A stretch of DNA of 47,970 nt from NCBI GenBank assembly GCA_944388465.1, contig CALXJA010000033.1, forward strand, positions 1 through 47,970, in the 5' to 3' direction. Shown one piece after another: positions 37,449 through 46,661 of this stretch; positions within the stretch are counted from its first letter, which is position 1, and each line of letters starts with the position of its first letter. The notes beneath the pieces are model-generated. The model saw nothing but the letters and a program-made list of their open reading frames with translations, was not told the origin of the DNA and made no database searches. Source of the DNA: an uncultured Emergencia sp. Its GTDB lineage: Bacteria; Bacillota; Clostridia; Peptostreptococcales; Anaerovoracaceae. A program made the translations under genes and the position numbers.

Positions 37449-38627
37449 TTATTTGAAGATTCGTCTTACACCGATAACACTGCCCGTGTAGTTTACATCT
37501 GTAACCTTGATGCCCAGACGCGGATTCACGGCATGTACCGCTTTTCCGTTGCCGGCGTAAATCGCCACATGTCCGGAGTAGATCAGGATATCGCCTTTTT
37601 TCACGTTTTTATAAGCGATGGATTTTCCTACCGCAGACTGTCCCACACGCGGAAGGTTAACACCAAAGTGCTTGTAAACGGAATAGACAAAACCCGAGCA
37701 GTCTGCGCCATTGGTAAGACTGGTTCCTCCATATCGGTAAGGATTGCCCACAAACTTTTTCGCATATTCTACAACGTCCGCGCCGTCTGCAAAGTCAAAG
37801 GTGACTCCTGCTTTGGCTGTAACGGATGCTGTACCCTGCAAGACAACCTTGTCCTGCGCTTTCTTAACCACCTTTGAAGAAATCAGCTCGCTGTCTGTGG
37901 TTTCACCGTTAACCTTGGTCACCTGGTTCACGATCTCCTTCTGACCCTTCACCCCTTTGGTCTTTACCTTCGTAACACCTTTTTTCAGAGAACTGGTCTT
38001 TTTGTAAATCGTATCGAAACCGATGGCTTTTGTCGTGGTGACTTCTTCAACTGTAGTTACTTTAACGTACGGATTATTCGCGTACAATACGAGGAATGTG
38101 CCCTCGTCAATAATCTCGTCCGATTCGTAAGTGTCGAAATTGAGCATGACCAGCTTTTCGGCTGAGATATCCTTGTCCGCAGAGATGGAATCCAGAGATT
38201 CTCCTTCTTCCGTCTTATAGACATAGTATTCCGTCTTTCCTGCAGAAAGCTGCTCTACTGCATCCTCTACGTCCGTGATCCGCGACGCCAGCGCCGCATA
38301 TTCTACGTCGGCAGATGATTCAACTTCTGTGATCTGGATCTCCGGTTCAAACTGAACGTCTAAAACGTTAGACCCGTCTGTCAGGTAACTGTTCTTTAAC
38401 CCCTCTATTACCTGATGACCGGATTCCTGCGAATCGACATATAAGATTTCTTCATCTCCAATAGTGATCGCCCATACTTCATGAGATGGCGCATTTTCTG
38501 TCGCATATGCAGAACGGCTGGAGCCGAGCACCGTCACAAAGGTCATGGTGACAATCAGCAAAACTGAGGCAGTTGCTTTAAACACCCTTTTGATTTTAGT
38601 ATTGACTGGTTGTGTATGCTCTGTCAT
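37449..38627 (-). CDS. Paralogous peptidoglycan endopeptidase: degenerate LysM, G5, NlpC/P60
   Basis: G5 (KTKGVKG...VVLQGT), GNPYRYGG...DCSGFV...GHVAIY...HA. Start at ATG 38627. Confidence 0.9.
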   Translation of the reverse strand: MTEHTQPVNTKIKRVFKATASVLLIVTMTFVTVLGSSRSAYATENAPSHEVWAITIGDEEILYVDSQESGHQVIEGLKNSYLTDGSNVLDVQFEPEIQITEVESSADVEYAALASRITDVEDAVEQLSAGKTEYYVYKTEEGESLDSISADKDISAEKLVMLNFDTYESDEIIDEGTFLVLYANNPYVKVTTVEEVTTTKAIGFDTIYKKTSSLKKGVTKVKTKGVKGQKEIVNQVTKVNGETTDSELISSKVVKKAQDKVVLQGTASVTAKAGVTFDFADGADVVEYAKKFVGNPYRYGGTSLTNGADCSGFVYSVYKHFGVNLPRVGQSAVGKSIAYKNVKKGDILIYSGHVAIYAGNGKAVHAVNPRLGIKVTDVNYTGSVIGVRRIFK

Positions 38628-38673
38628 AATACTATCTTCCTTTTCATGTTTTTTCAATTGTCTCACAGGTGTT

Positions 38674-38702
38674 ATCATACTTTATATACATAAGAAAGTC
38701 AA
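38674..38702 (-). promoter_or_regulatory. Sigma-A promoter for the NlpC/P60 pair
   Basis: TTGACT-17 nt-TATGAT. Confidence 0.6.
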
Positions 38703-38740
38703 CAAAAACGCCGATTCTTCACATAACCTTCACAAAGCAA

Positions 38741-38780
38741 AACAGCTATAAACGTTGAAATTTCAACGTTTATAGCTGTT
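38741..38780. repeat. Palindromic repeat copy 2: perfect 40-bp palindrome (plausible terminator of the rdgB operon)
   Basis: AACAGCTATAAACGTTGAAA|TTTCAACGTTTATAGCTGTT. Confidence 0.9.
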
Positions 38781-38799
38781 AATAATTTCTTAAGATTTC

Positions 38800-39450
38800 T
38801 TAAGATTTCTTCATGCGTTTTTGTATAAATATGTATACTATCGGATAAATAATCCCCGCCAGCAGAACTCCTGCCGCAACATCCAGCAGTGAATGCTGCT
38901 TGATAAAGCAGGTGGAAATGGAAATCAGCGCCGCAAGAAATACCGATCCCGGCTTCAGCCACGTTTTTTTCAGTGTCTTTGTCGAGCAGACACCGAAGGC
39001 CGCAAAAATCGCGCCGATGACATGGACGCTGGGAATCACATTGGTATTGGTATCAGCCGTATAGATCGCCCTGACCATATCCGTAAAGAAATTATCCCGT
39101 GGAAAGACGGCCGGGCGCAAGTCCTGACCGTTGGGAAACAGGACACAGAAAATCACACAGAACGAAAAGCCGATGATGATGCAGTACATGTACAGTTTAA
39201 ACTGCCGCGGATCTTTGATCATCAGATAAATACCCACAGTAAACAGCAGCACATACCATAGGTAATAGGGAACGACGAAATACTCGCAAAAAGGGATCAG
39301 ATCATCTGCAGGGCAATAGGATACCCAGTAATCCGCCGTTGCAGGCACCAGCTTTTCCACCAGAAAAAAACCGGCAAAATATATCGGAACATAGAGAACC
39401 AGCAGCACATACCGGTATTCCTTCAGCTGCTCCTTTTTGATTTTTTCCAT
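38800..39450 (-). CDS. PAP2 superfamily membrane phosphatase/phosphotransferase
   Basis: DLRP, PSVH and STCFIKQHSLLDV correspond to the C1/C2/C3 motifs; about 6 TM helices. Confidence 0.85.
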   Translation of the reverse strand: MEKIKKEQLKEYRYVLLVLYVPIYFAGFFLVEKLVPATADYWVSYCPADDLIPFCEYFVVPYYLWYVLLFTVGIYLMIKDPRQFKLYMYCIIIGFSFCVIFCVLFPNGQDLRPAVFPRDNFFTDMVRAIYTADTNTNVIPSVHVIGAIFAAFGVCSTKTLKKTWLKPGSVFLAALISISTCFIKQHSLLDVAAGVLLAGIIYPIVYIFIQKRMKKS

Positions 39451-40343
39451 TATTTCTTTACCGGTACGATCAGCTGAATCGCACTGTGCAGATTCTCGAT
39501 CACGATCCTATCGTTTCCCTCCTGGTATTCGCCATCCAGCGTCCAGGACATCTCCGGATCCGCTGTGACTTCCAGTCTGCTGCTGCTGAAAAAAGAGATC
39601 AGGGCTGAATTATAGTTCTGTGTGGTCAGGTCAAAAAGGATCTGGTTCAGTTCCAGTATATTCGACGGAGATTTTATCAGCAAAACCTCAAACATCCCGT
39701 CATCCATATCGACCAGGTCGTCAGAAAGCGTCAGTATCCCGCCTACCGAGGTAGAATTGCTGATAGCGCCAAAAAGGTAATTGCCCCCGTATACGCCTTT
39801 TTCCGTCTTCAGCCATAATTTCTCCGGTCTGATCGATGGAATGTCCTTTATCCCTTCCAGAATATAGGCCAGATGTCCCAGGGCATTTTTTACGCTCTGG
39901 GGAGCCTCATAAGAAGCCTTTGTAAACGCACCAAAGGATGCGACATAGGAAAAATAACGGCCGTTAAATCGGCCGATATCCAGTTTCCGCGGTTCACCCT
40001 CTACGATATCTCTGGCGGCCTGGAGAACGTTTTTCGACAGTTTCAGACTGCCGGCAAAATCATTGGTGCTCCCTGCCGGAATATATCCGATCGGGATCTG
40101 TTTCCCTGATTCCAGAACTCCTGCGGCGACTTCATTAAATGTGCCGTCGCCTCCGATGCAGACAAGCAGATCGAACTCCGCTGCCTTCTCCTTCGCCAAC
40201 GTGGTTCCGTCCCCCCGCTTTTCCGTTGTTGCAACGACGGTTTCATATCCTGCGCGGCAAAAAATATCAATGATATCGACCATATACCGATTGGCCTGTT
40301 TCGTTCCCGCACAGGGGTTGATGATGATCAACACCCTTTTCAT
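39450..40343 (-). CDS. YegS/DgkB family diacylglycerol/lipid kinase
   Basis: INPCAG, GGDGTFNE, PAGSTNDFA, DGE. Confidence 0.93.
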   Translation of the reverse strand: MKRVLIIINPCAGTKQANRYMVDIIDIFCRAGYETVVATTEKRGDGTTLAKEKAAEFDLLVCIGGDGTFNEVAAGVLESGKQIPIGYIPAGSTNDFAGSLKLSKNVLQAARDIVEGEPRKLDIGRFNGRYFSYVASFGAFTKASYEAPQSVKNALGHLAYILEGIKDIPSIRPEKLWLKTEKGVYGGNYLFGAISNSTSVGGILTLSDDLVDMDDGMFEVLLIKSPSNILELNQILFDLTTQNYNSALISFFSSSRLEVTADPEMSWTLDGEYQEGNDRIVIENLHSAIQLIVPVKK

Positions 40344-40375
40344 AAATCTCTTACTCCTTTTTTCTTGATGTTTCT

Positions 40376-41029
40376 TTATTCCGTTAAAGGCCAGCGATAG
40401 TGGCCGGAGATTTCCATGCCGTCGGAGGCGACAAGCCGGTCTTCCTCAGCAGCCGGATCCTTTCCGTGCTGAATGATGTACGGCCGGCCCCACAGATTGC
40501 GGAAATTGGAAACCACGGCTACATGGCTGGACTCAAAGGTGACGATATCTCCCGGCTGCCAGGCCAGTATGACATCCGGATCCGTTGTCAGCACTTCTGC
40601 GTTACGCTGGAAAAAGACTTCCAGAACCGGAACCAGACGAAAATCGATATTGGGATCAGGAATCTCCACCACATTGCTGTAACTTTTCCTGTTTTCCGCA
40701 ATATCTCTGTCCACAAGATCTTTCAGGCTTACATCGATCCCCTTGAAGCCTTTCCAGACGACATCTGTACATACGCCGATATCCTCCGGCGGATAACCGC
40801 CGCCAAAATAGGAACCGTCATAGCGGAGATTCTCATTGCTGATATAGACCTTGGCTGCCATCATGATGGAAAATCCCTGCAAATACTGCTGACGCCCGCT
40901 GTCATCCGGCTCTGCTGTCTCTGTTTCGTGCTGCAGGAGCCATACCGCCCCACCCAGCAGAATACCGAGAATTACGGCAAAAATGATAAAAAATCTGGGC
41001 TTTATCCTGTATTTCCTTTTTCTGGTCAT
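40376..41029 (-). CDS. DUF1287 (YijF-like) protein with N-terminal anchor
   Basis: YDGSY...GGYPP...GVCTDVV, PDPNIDFR, WQPGDIV, HVAVVS, GHYRW. Confidence 0.85.
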   Translation of the reverse strand: MTRKRKYRIKPRFFIIFAVILGILLGGAVWLLQHETETAEPDDSGRQQYLQGFSIMMAAKVYISNENLRYDGSYFGGGYPPEDIGVCTDVVWKGFKGIDVSLKDLVDRDIAENRKSYSNVVEIPDPNIDFRLVPVLEVFFQRNAEVLTTDPDVILAWQPGDIVTFESSHVAVVSNFRNLWGRPYIIQHGKDPAAEEDRLVASDGMEISGHYRWPLTE

Positions 41030-41048
41030 CGGTTTCCCTTTCCGGTAC

Positions 41049-41654
41049 TTACCTTACGCGCAGCCGTACGCCGATATCCTCCGCAATTTTCCTGCAGGCA
41101 GAAATGTCCTCCTCAGGAATCACATTGACGACAGACATCACGGTTTCCGGCACATAACGCTGCACCTGCCGCGCATAGCGAAGTATCGCCGGAAAAGCTT
41201 CTTTTCCGAAACGCGGATGGCACAGTTTTTCATATTTTTCTGCCGTACACTGATTGAGGCTGATCGAGACCGAATCGATCCAGCCCTCCAGCATCGGCGC
41301 TGTTTCTTTTCCCTGAATCAGATCGGCCAATCCGTTGGTATTGATTCTGATCCTGAGATCCGTATTTTCCTTCACCCAGCGTGAAACCTCAAGCAGATCA
41401 GAGAGCCGCTCCATCGGTTCGCCGTATCCGCAAAAGACCAGCTCTTCGTATCGGGAAAGCTCCCATTCCTGCAGCATGTCCAGAATTTCTTCTACAGAAG
41501 GCTCTCTTTTCAGCCAGAGAGAATCGGCTGTTCCCAATCCTTCTGTCATGCTGCGTATACAGAATTCACACCGGCAGGGACAACGATTGGTGATATTGGC
41601 ATACAAACCGCTGCCATATTCGTAAAAGACATCTCCGATCTCGCTGCGATTCAA
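41049..41654 (-). CDS. Radical SAM protein, TatD-associated/TIGR04100-like
   Basis: LYANITNRCPCRCEFCIR (CxxxCxxC), LWLKREP, VFCGYGEP, RINTNG. TTG start overlaps the yihY stop (AGGAG RBS). Confidence 0.88.
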   Translation of the reverse strand: MNRSEIGDVFYEYGSGLYANITNRCPCRCEFCIRSMTEGLGTADSLWLKREPSVEEILDMLQEWELSRYEELVFCGYGEPMERLSDLLEVSRWVKENTDLRIRINTNGLADLIQGKETAPMLEGWIDSVSISLNQCTAEKYEKLCHPRFGKEAFPAILRYARQVQRYVPETVMSVVNVIPEEDISACRKIAEDIGVRLRVR

Positions 41655-42472
41655 CGCTTTTCTCCTTTCGTTTCCTTCCACACTTTATTGAACACGATTC
41701 CCAGGCACAAAACCCAGGATAAAAAATAAAACCAGAACAGCAATGCCACAATACTGGCGAGAGACCCGTAGATGATATCGTAATTGACACTGTAGCCGAC
41801 ATAGGCGGAGTAAATGATCGTGACCGCCAACATGCCCACAGAACCGAATATGCTGCCCGGAATGATTTCCCGAAAGCCCATTTTCTCATGAGGGAGCACA
41901 TAGTAGTTGTACGAGATCATCAGAAAATACAGCGTACCGGCCAGAGGCCAGCGGAGAAAGATCCACAGCTTATCGATGATCGTTCCCTCAATGAGACTGC
42001 CGAATACCAGCTGAAGGATCATCTTCCCATACACTAAAATAATGGCGACAAAATCCAGTGTAAACAGCAGCAGCGCCATGGTCTTCATGGAACGCAGCCT
42101 CTCGCGCCAGAAGCTTCCCGTCGTTTTTCCGCTGGAATAGGTATAATTGGCGATCCGCATCATGGAAAACTGCGCCCTGGAGGCCGCCCAGAGAGCCATG
42201 ATAATCATGATCACATTGCTGGTCGTAGCCGGCCGGTGATCGATCAGATTTTTCAATGTATCCGCCATGCTGGAAGCAACGTAATTTTCTATCCAGTCAT
42301 CAAGAAAATCCAGCGGGATATCCAGAACGCCCAGCAGCTGCGACAGCACGATGATCGTCGGTACCAAAGACAGCATGATAAAAAAAGACATCTGTGCGGC
42401 AAACCCCTGATAGTACGGATCTCTGAACTGCTTGATCCCCAGGAGGATCATCCGTGCAGTTCTGCTTTTCAT
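41651..42472 (-). CDS. YihY/virulence factor BrkB family membrane protein
   Basis: AAQMSFF...SLVP, LWAAS, IYGSLASIVALLFWFY...LG. Confidence 0.9.
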   Translation of the reverse strand: MKSRTARMILLGIKQFRDPYYQGFAAQMSFFIMLSLVPTIIVLSQLLGVLDIPLDFLDDWIENYVASSMADTLKNLIDHRPATTSNVIMIIMALWAASRAQFSMMRIANYTYSSGKTTGSFWRERLRSMKTMALLLFTLDFVAIILVYGKMILQLVFGSLIEGTIIDKLWIFLRWPLAGTLYFLMISYNYYVLPHEKMGFREIIPGSIFGSVGMLAVTIIYSAYVGYSVNYDIIYGSLASIVALLFWFYFLSWVLCLGIVFNKVWKETKGEKR

Positions 42473-42475
42473 GAA

Positions 42476-43078
42476 TTATTCATTCCTTTCTGCGAGGAGT
42501 TTTTCCAGCTCCATCAGCGCCTTAGCACGATGACTGATCTTATTTTTTTCATCCTGTGTCATCTGCGCAAAAGTACGCTGGAAACCGTCCGGAACAAACA
42601 GAGGATCGTAGCCAAAGCCGTTTTCTCCCACCGGCACATCGATAATATGTCCTTCACATTCGCCGCGGGCAACGATCTGGCCGCCATCGGGCCAGAGCAT
42701 GGTGATCACCGAAACGAATTTTGCCCTGCGTTCCTTGTACGGCACGCCTTCCAAAAGAGAAAGAAGCTTTTCGTTGTTTTTTTCGTCGCTGCAGTCCTCA
42801 CCGGCAAACCTGGCCGAATATACACCCGGAGCGCCGCCAAGGTACTCCACCATCAATCCGGAATCGTCGGCAATGGTGACCTTTCCACACAGCTTCATGA
42901 CCGCTTCGGCTTTTTTTCGCGAATTTTCCTCAAAGGTTTCCCCATCCTCTTCAATCTCGATTTTGGGAACACCCGCATCATCCCGTGATTGGATCTCCAT
43001 ACCAAATTTCTTCGTTATTGCTTCGATTTCTTCAATTTTGTGTCTGTTGCGCGATGCCGCGACGACGATCTCGTTCAT
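42476..43078 (-). CDS. rdgB: Non-canonical purine NTP pyrophosphatase (RdgB/HAM1)
   Basis: ASRNRHK, TFEENSRKKA, ADDSGL, PGVYSARF, FGYDPLF, ISHRAKA. Confidence 0.96.
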   Translation of the reverse strand: MNEIVVAASRNRHKIEEIEAITKKFGMEIQSRDDAGVPKIEIEEDGETFEENSRKKAEAVMKLCGKVTIADDSGLMVEYLGGAPGVYSARFAGEDCSDEKNNEKLLSLLEGVPYKERRAKFVSVITMLWPDGGQIVARGECEGHIIDVPVGENGFGYDPLFVPDGFQRTFAQMTQDEKNKISHRAKALMELEKLLAERNE

Positions 43079-43152
43079 GTTCTCTCCTCGTTATTTGTCA
43101 CTATCTGTCGAAATGCTTTCTTCATTTCTCCGATACTCTGCATATGGGGACT

Positions 43153-43181
43153 ATTATATCATCTTTACCTTCTATTGACAA
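43153..43181 (-). promoter_or_regulatory. Sigma-A promoter of the rdgB operon
   Basis: TTGTCA-17 nt-TATAAT with extended TG. Confidence 0.7.
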
Positions 43182-43377
43182 GAGCGGCAGCCGCACCCAT
43201 ACTCGACGGTATATCTGCCGCACAATGCCCGCAGCAGGGTCTTCCCGTCGAAACAGAGAACAGATACGCCTTTTCTTTGCCGCTATCCATGACCGGTATT
43301 TTGTGCTACAATAGAGGATATCTGCAGCGTATAAAGCTCACAGTGCGAACCTAATAGAAACAGGAGAAATTTCAAGT

Positions 43378-44289
43378 ATGAAAATCGTTGTTCTGGATGG
43401 ATTTTCCATCAATCCCGGTGATCTTTCCTGGGAACCCATCGCTGCCATGGGTGATTTCTGCAGCTACGACCGTACCGACGATGCGCAGCTTCTCGATCAT
43501 CTCAGCAGCTGCGATGCTTTCTTTGTCAGCAAATGCCGTATTACCCGCAGCATCCTGGAGCAGTGTCCACAGCTGAAGTTCATCGGCGTCACGGCTACCG
43601 GCTACGACAACGTCGATACGGCTGCGGCCAAAGAGCTCGGCATCGCGGTCTGCCACGTTCCGGCTTATTCCACCGAAGCCGTTGCGCAGCATACCTTCTC
43701 ACTGCTTTTGGAGCTGACCAACCGGGTCGGCAGCTACAACGCCTCCGTGCAGCAGGGAAAATGGTCTGCCAGCAAGGATTTCACCTTTATTGAATCTCCC
43801 CTTACCCTTCTGGCCGGAAAAAGTCTGGGAATCATCGGTTACGGAAATATCGGCAGACAGGTTGCCCGCATCGGTGAAGCCTTTGGCATGGAGATCAACA
43901 TTTACAGTCAGAATAAAACTGCCGCGCAGACCGCAGACTTTGTCACCCTTCACTGTCCGCTTACCGAAGAGAACAAAGGGTTTATCAATAAGGCTTTTAT
44001 CGCCGGCATGAAAGACGGCGCTGTTCTGATCAACACGGCTCGCGGCGGGCTGATCTGTGAACAGGATCTGGCCGATGCGCTGACCAGCGGGAAGCTGGCT
44101 GCCGCCGCGTTGGATGTACTGACAGAGGAACCGCCGAAACCGGATCATCCCCTGATCGGTCTCCCCAACTGTATCCTGACGCCGCACATCGCCTGGATGC
44201 CAAAAGAGACCCGAAAGCGGGTCATCGATATCTGCGCAGCCAACCTGAAGAGCTTTCTGGCGGGAGAACGACTGAACCGTATTGTCTGA
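43378..44289 (+). CDS. D-2-hydroxyacid dehydrogenase (glycerate dehydrogenase/hydroxypyruvate reductase-like)
   Basis: MKIVVLDG...NPGDLSW, ATGYDNVD, GYGNIG, LHCPLT, INTARG, TPHIAW. Confidence 0.92.
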   Translation: MKIVVLDGFSINPGDLSWEPIAAMGDFCSYDRTDDAQLLDHLSSCDAFFVSKCRITRSILEQCPQLKFIGVTATGYDNVDTAAAKELGIAVCHVPAYSTEAVAQHTFSLLLELTNRVGSYNASVQQGKWSASKDFTFIESPLTLLAGKSLGIIGYGNIGRQVARIGEAFGMEINIYSQNKTAAQTADFVTLHCPLTEENKGFINKAFIAGMKDGAVLINTARGGLICEQDLADALTSGKLAAAALDVLTEEPPKPDHPLIGLPNCILTPHIAWMPKETRKRVIDICAANLKSFLAGERLNRIV

Positions 44290-44363
44290 AATGCCGTCAG
44301 ACACATACTTTACAAAAGGCAGGTGTACCCGCGGCTTCTATACGGTTTTACGCCGAATACAAA

Positions 44364-44400
44364 CGGGCATACGGTATCCTTATTCTGTACCGTATGCCCG
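44364..44400. terminator. Hairpin between convergent genes (probable bidirectional terminator)
   Basis: CGGGCATACGGTA / TACCGTATGCCCG 13-bp stem. Confidence 0.7.
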
Positions 44401-44463
44401 CTTCTGTATTTTTTGAATGTATTTACTCTGCTGTTTTCGTTTTATTTTCTGACTCTGTCTCCG

Positions 44464-45447
44464 CTAACTCTGCAGAAACAACATGTCTCTGCTGATCTCC
44501 GAAATCGAATATGCACCGCACATCGCCATGGTATCCGCCAATTCTGCGGAAATCTTATCCACCAGATCTCTGACACCTTCTGCACCGTCTTTGTAGACCG
44601 CATTGACAAACGGTCTGGCCATCAGCACGGCGTCCGCGCCCAGAGCCAGAGCTTTAAACACATCGACACCGTCACGGATGCCGCCGTCGACAAAGATCTT
44701 CATGGTACCTTCTACCGCATCAACGATTCCGGCAAGTACCTCTGCCGTAGCCGGACACTGATCCAGTACGCGTCCGCCGTGATTGGATACAACGATGGCG
44801 GAAGCTCCGGCCTCTCTGGCTTTCAGCGCCGCTTTCGGCGTCATGATGCCTTTCACGATAAACGGCACCTCTGCTTCATCGATGATTTCTCGCAGCTCCT
44901 CCACGGATTTACTGCCGGCAGGCGGCTCAAAACCTTTTAAAAACGGAAGTCCTGCCGCGTCGATATCCATGGCTACAGCGAAAGCGCCGGATTCCCTGGC
45001 AATTTTCAGTTTTTCCTCGATCATCGCCTTGTTCCACGGCTTGATCGTCGGCACGCCGCAGCCCTGTACCTCTTTAATTGCTTTTCCGGCAGAGATCATC
45101 ACCTCAGGATCCATGCCGTCGCCGGTAAAAGCCGCGATACCCTTTTCCCTGCAGGCCGGAACCAGGATATTGTTATATTGCAGATCGTTATATTTTTCGC
45201 CGTAGTGCATATTGACTGCGCCTACCGGCCCGGCAAATACCGGTGCGGAGAACGTCTTCCCCCACAGTTCCGTTTCTATACGGACTTCCTTTTTTTCGGT
45301 AAGAGTGTCCATATGAATACGGATCTCCTTCCATTTGTCATAATTGCGTATGGCTGTGTCTCCGATCCCCTTTGCCCCCGGACCCGGAATCTGGTTTCTA
45401 CAGCCTCTTCCGTTGCAGACAGGGCACAGTTTGCAGTATCCTTCCAT
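44464..45447 (-). CDS. FMN-dependent alpha-hydroxy-acid oxidase/dehydrogenase with N-terminal Cys motif
   Basis: IVKGI, VVSNHGGRVLD, VDGGIRDG, ARPF; N-terminal CKLCPVCNGRGC. Start at ATG 45447. Confidence 0.9.
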   Translation of the reverse strand: MEGYCKLCPVCNGRGCRNQIPGPGAKGIGDTAIRNYDKWKEIRIHMDTLTEKKEVRIETELWGKTFSAPVFAGPVGAVNMHYGEKYNDLQYNNILVPACREKGIAAFTGDGMDPEVMISAGKAIKEVQGCGVPTIKPWNKAMIEEKLKIARESGAFAVAMDIDAAGLPFLKGFEPPAGSKSVEELREIIDEAEVPFIVKGIMTPKAALKAREAGASAIVVSNHGGRVLDQCPATAEVLAGIVDAVEGTMKIFVDGGIRDGVDVFKALALGADAVLMARPFVNAVYKDGAEGVRDLVDKISAELADTMAMCGAYSISEISRDMLFLQS

Positions 45448-45533
45448 CTGTTTCACCTTCTTTTCACTGTTTATCTCTCTATGATCAACCCCGTATGCAG
45501 GGTCGAAAGCAGACGCTTTCCTTCTATAGGATC

Positions 45534-46493
45534 CTACAGGATCACGAAAATCCCGTAACAGATCACGATGCCTGCCGTGCAGGCCATCTTGACGCGCCGG
45601 CTGCCGCATCGCAGAAGCAGCCAGAAAAGCAGCGCGGCTGCAGCGCCAGTGAACAGCAGATGCAGAATCTTCTGATCCGTTACATAGATGTTGTCCGTCG
45701 AAAAAATATCCGATACCGCCAATATGATAAAATTGAACAGGTTGCTGCCGACGATGTTGCCTACGGCAATGTTGTAATTTTTCATCCGGAACAGGGTGAC
45801 GGTAAACGATAACTCCGGCAGTGATGTCGCTACGCCAAGCAGCAGTGCACCGGCCAGTCCCTGGGTCAGATTCAGCCGGAAAGCGAGCATCTCCGTCAGA
45901 TAGGACACGACCACGCTGAAAAAAACGATTCCTGCAGCCGAAAAAGCAAAGCGGAAGGCGATCTGCTTTACGGACAGCTTTGTCTTAATACCGGCATGAT
46001 AGTGGAGCGCCGCTTCATCCGCCCGGAAATCTTCCGCTACCGCCATATATTTTGCTCCCAGCAAATAAAGAAGAAGGATAAGGACAGACGTACAACTTAA
46101 GTTCAATATCTGTGCATTGACAATATCGAAAAAGTTCAATCCAATCAATATATAGATCAATAAAATAAAGACAACAATATTCCTATAGCTTTTGGATATA
46201 TAGCTCCGCACAAACAGGCGGAAATTAAGCAGGATAACAACAGCAAGCACAGTCAGGTTAAATAGATCGCTTCCCAGCACATTACCCATACCAAAAACCG
46301 GCTTCTCGAGGATAACTACCGCAGAAATGCTGGTAAACAGTTCCGGAAAAGACGTCACTGCCGACAGCATGACTCCGCCGATAAAGGCGCCGGAAAGCAT
46401 CGTGCGCTTATCCAGTAAATCGACATAGTGGGAAGCTTTGATCGATAAAAAAACCACTGCCGCAGCAGCCAGTATATACCCTAAATAAACCAA
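45534..46493 (-). CDS. CaCA family Na+/Ca2+ antiporter-like protein
   Basis: Two alpha-repeats: TSFPEL...GNVLGSD and TSLPEL...GNIVGSN. TTG start with GAGGTG RBS. Confidence 0.88.
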   Translation of the reverse strand: MVYLGYILAAAAVVFLSIKASHYVDLLDKRTMLSGAFIGGVMLSAVTSFPELFTSISAVVILEKPVFGMGNVLGSDLFNLTVLAVVILLNFRLFVRSYISKSYRNIVVFILLIYILIGLNFFDIVNAQILNLSCTSVLILLLYLLGAKYMAVAEDFRADEAALHYHAGIKTKLSVKQIAFRFAFSAAGIVFFSVVVSYLTEMLAFRLNLTQGLAGALLLGVATSLPELSFTVTLFRMKNYNIAVGNIVGSNLFNFIILAVSDIFSTDNIYVTDQKILHLLFTGAAAALLFWLLLRCGSRRVKMACTAGIVICYGIFVIL

Positions 46494-46661
46494 TGGAACA
46501 CCTCAATATGTAGAAATATCATTGCTATAAATCTACCATAAGCGTCAAAATATGTCAAATAACACGCTACCGGTTTTCTGGTTTTCTGTTTGGAAAAACA
46601 AGAAAATGTGCTATACTTACTTTCGTGACAATTTATGGTGATGGCAAAAGGAGAAAAAGCT

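Noticed and set aside
36027-38782. Palindromes containing GTTGAAA as CRISPR repeats
   Set aside because: Only two non-identical copies 2.7 kb apart with genes in between, no spacer periodicity and no cas genes.
38786-38811. Short tandem repeat TTTCTTAAGA at the PAP2 stop codon
   Set aside because: Only about 2.5 units of an AT-rich 10-mer; too short to imply function.
8465-44327. Recurring intergenic (G/A)CAGGT(G/A)TA motif near 8465, 26843, 36088 and 44319
   Set aside because: Short, degenerate, flanks do not align, and it also occurs in coding DNA; cannot be separated from chance by eye.
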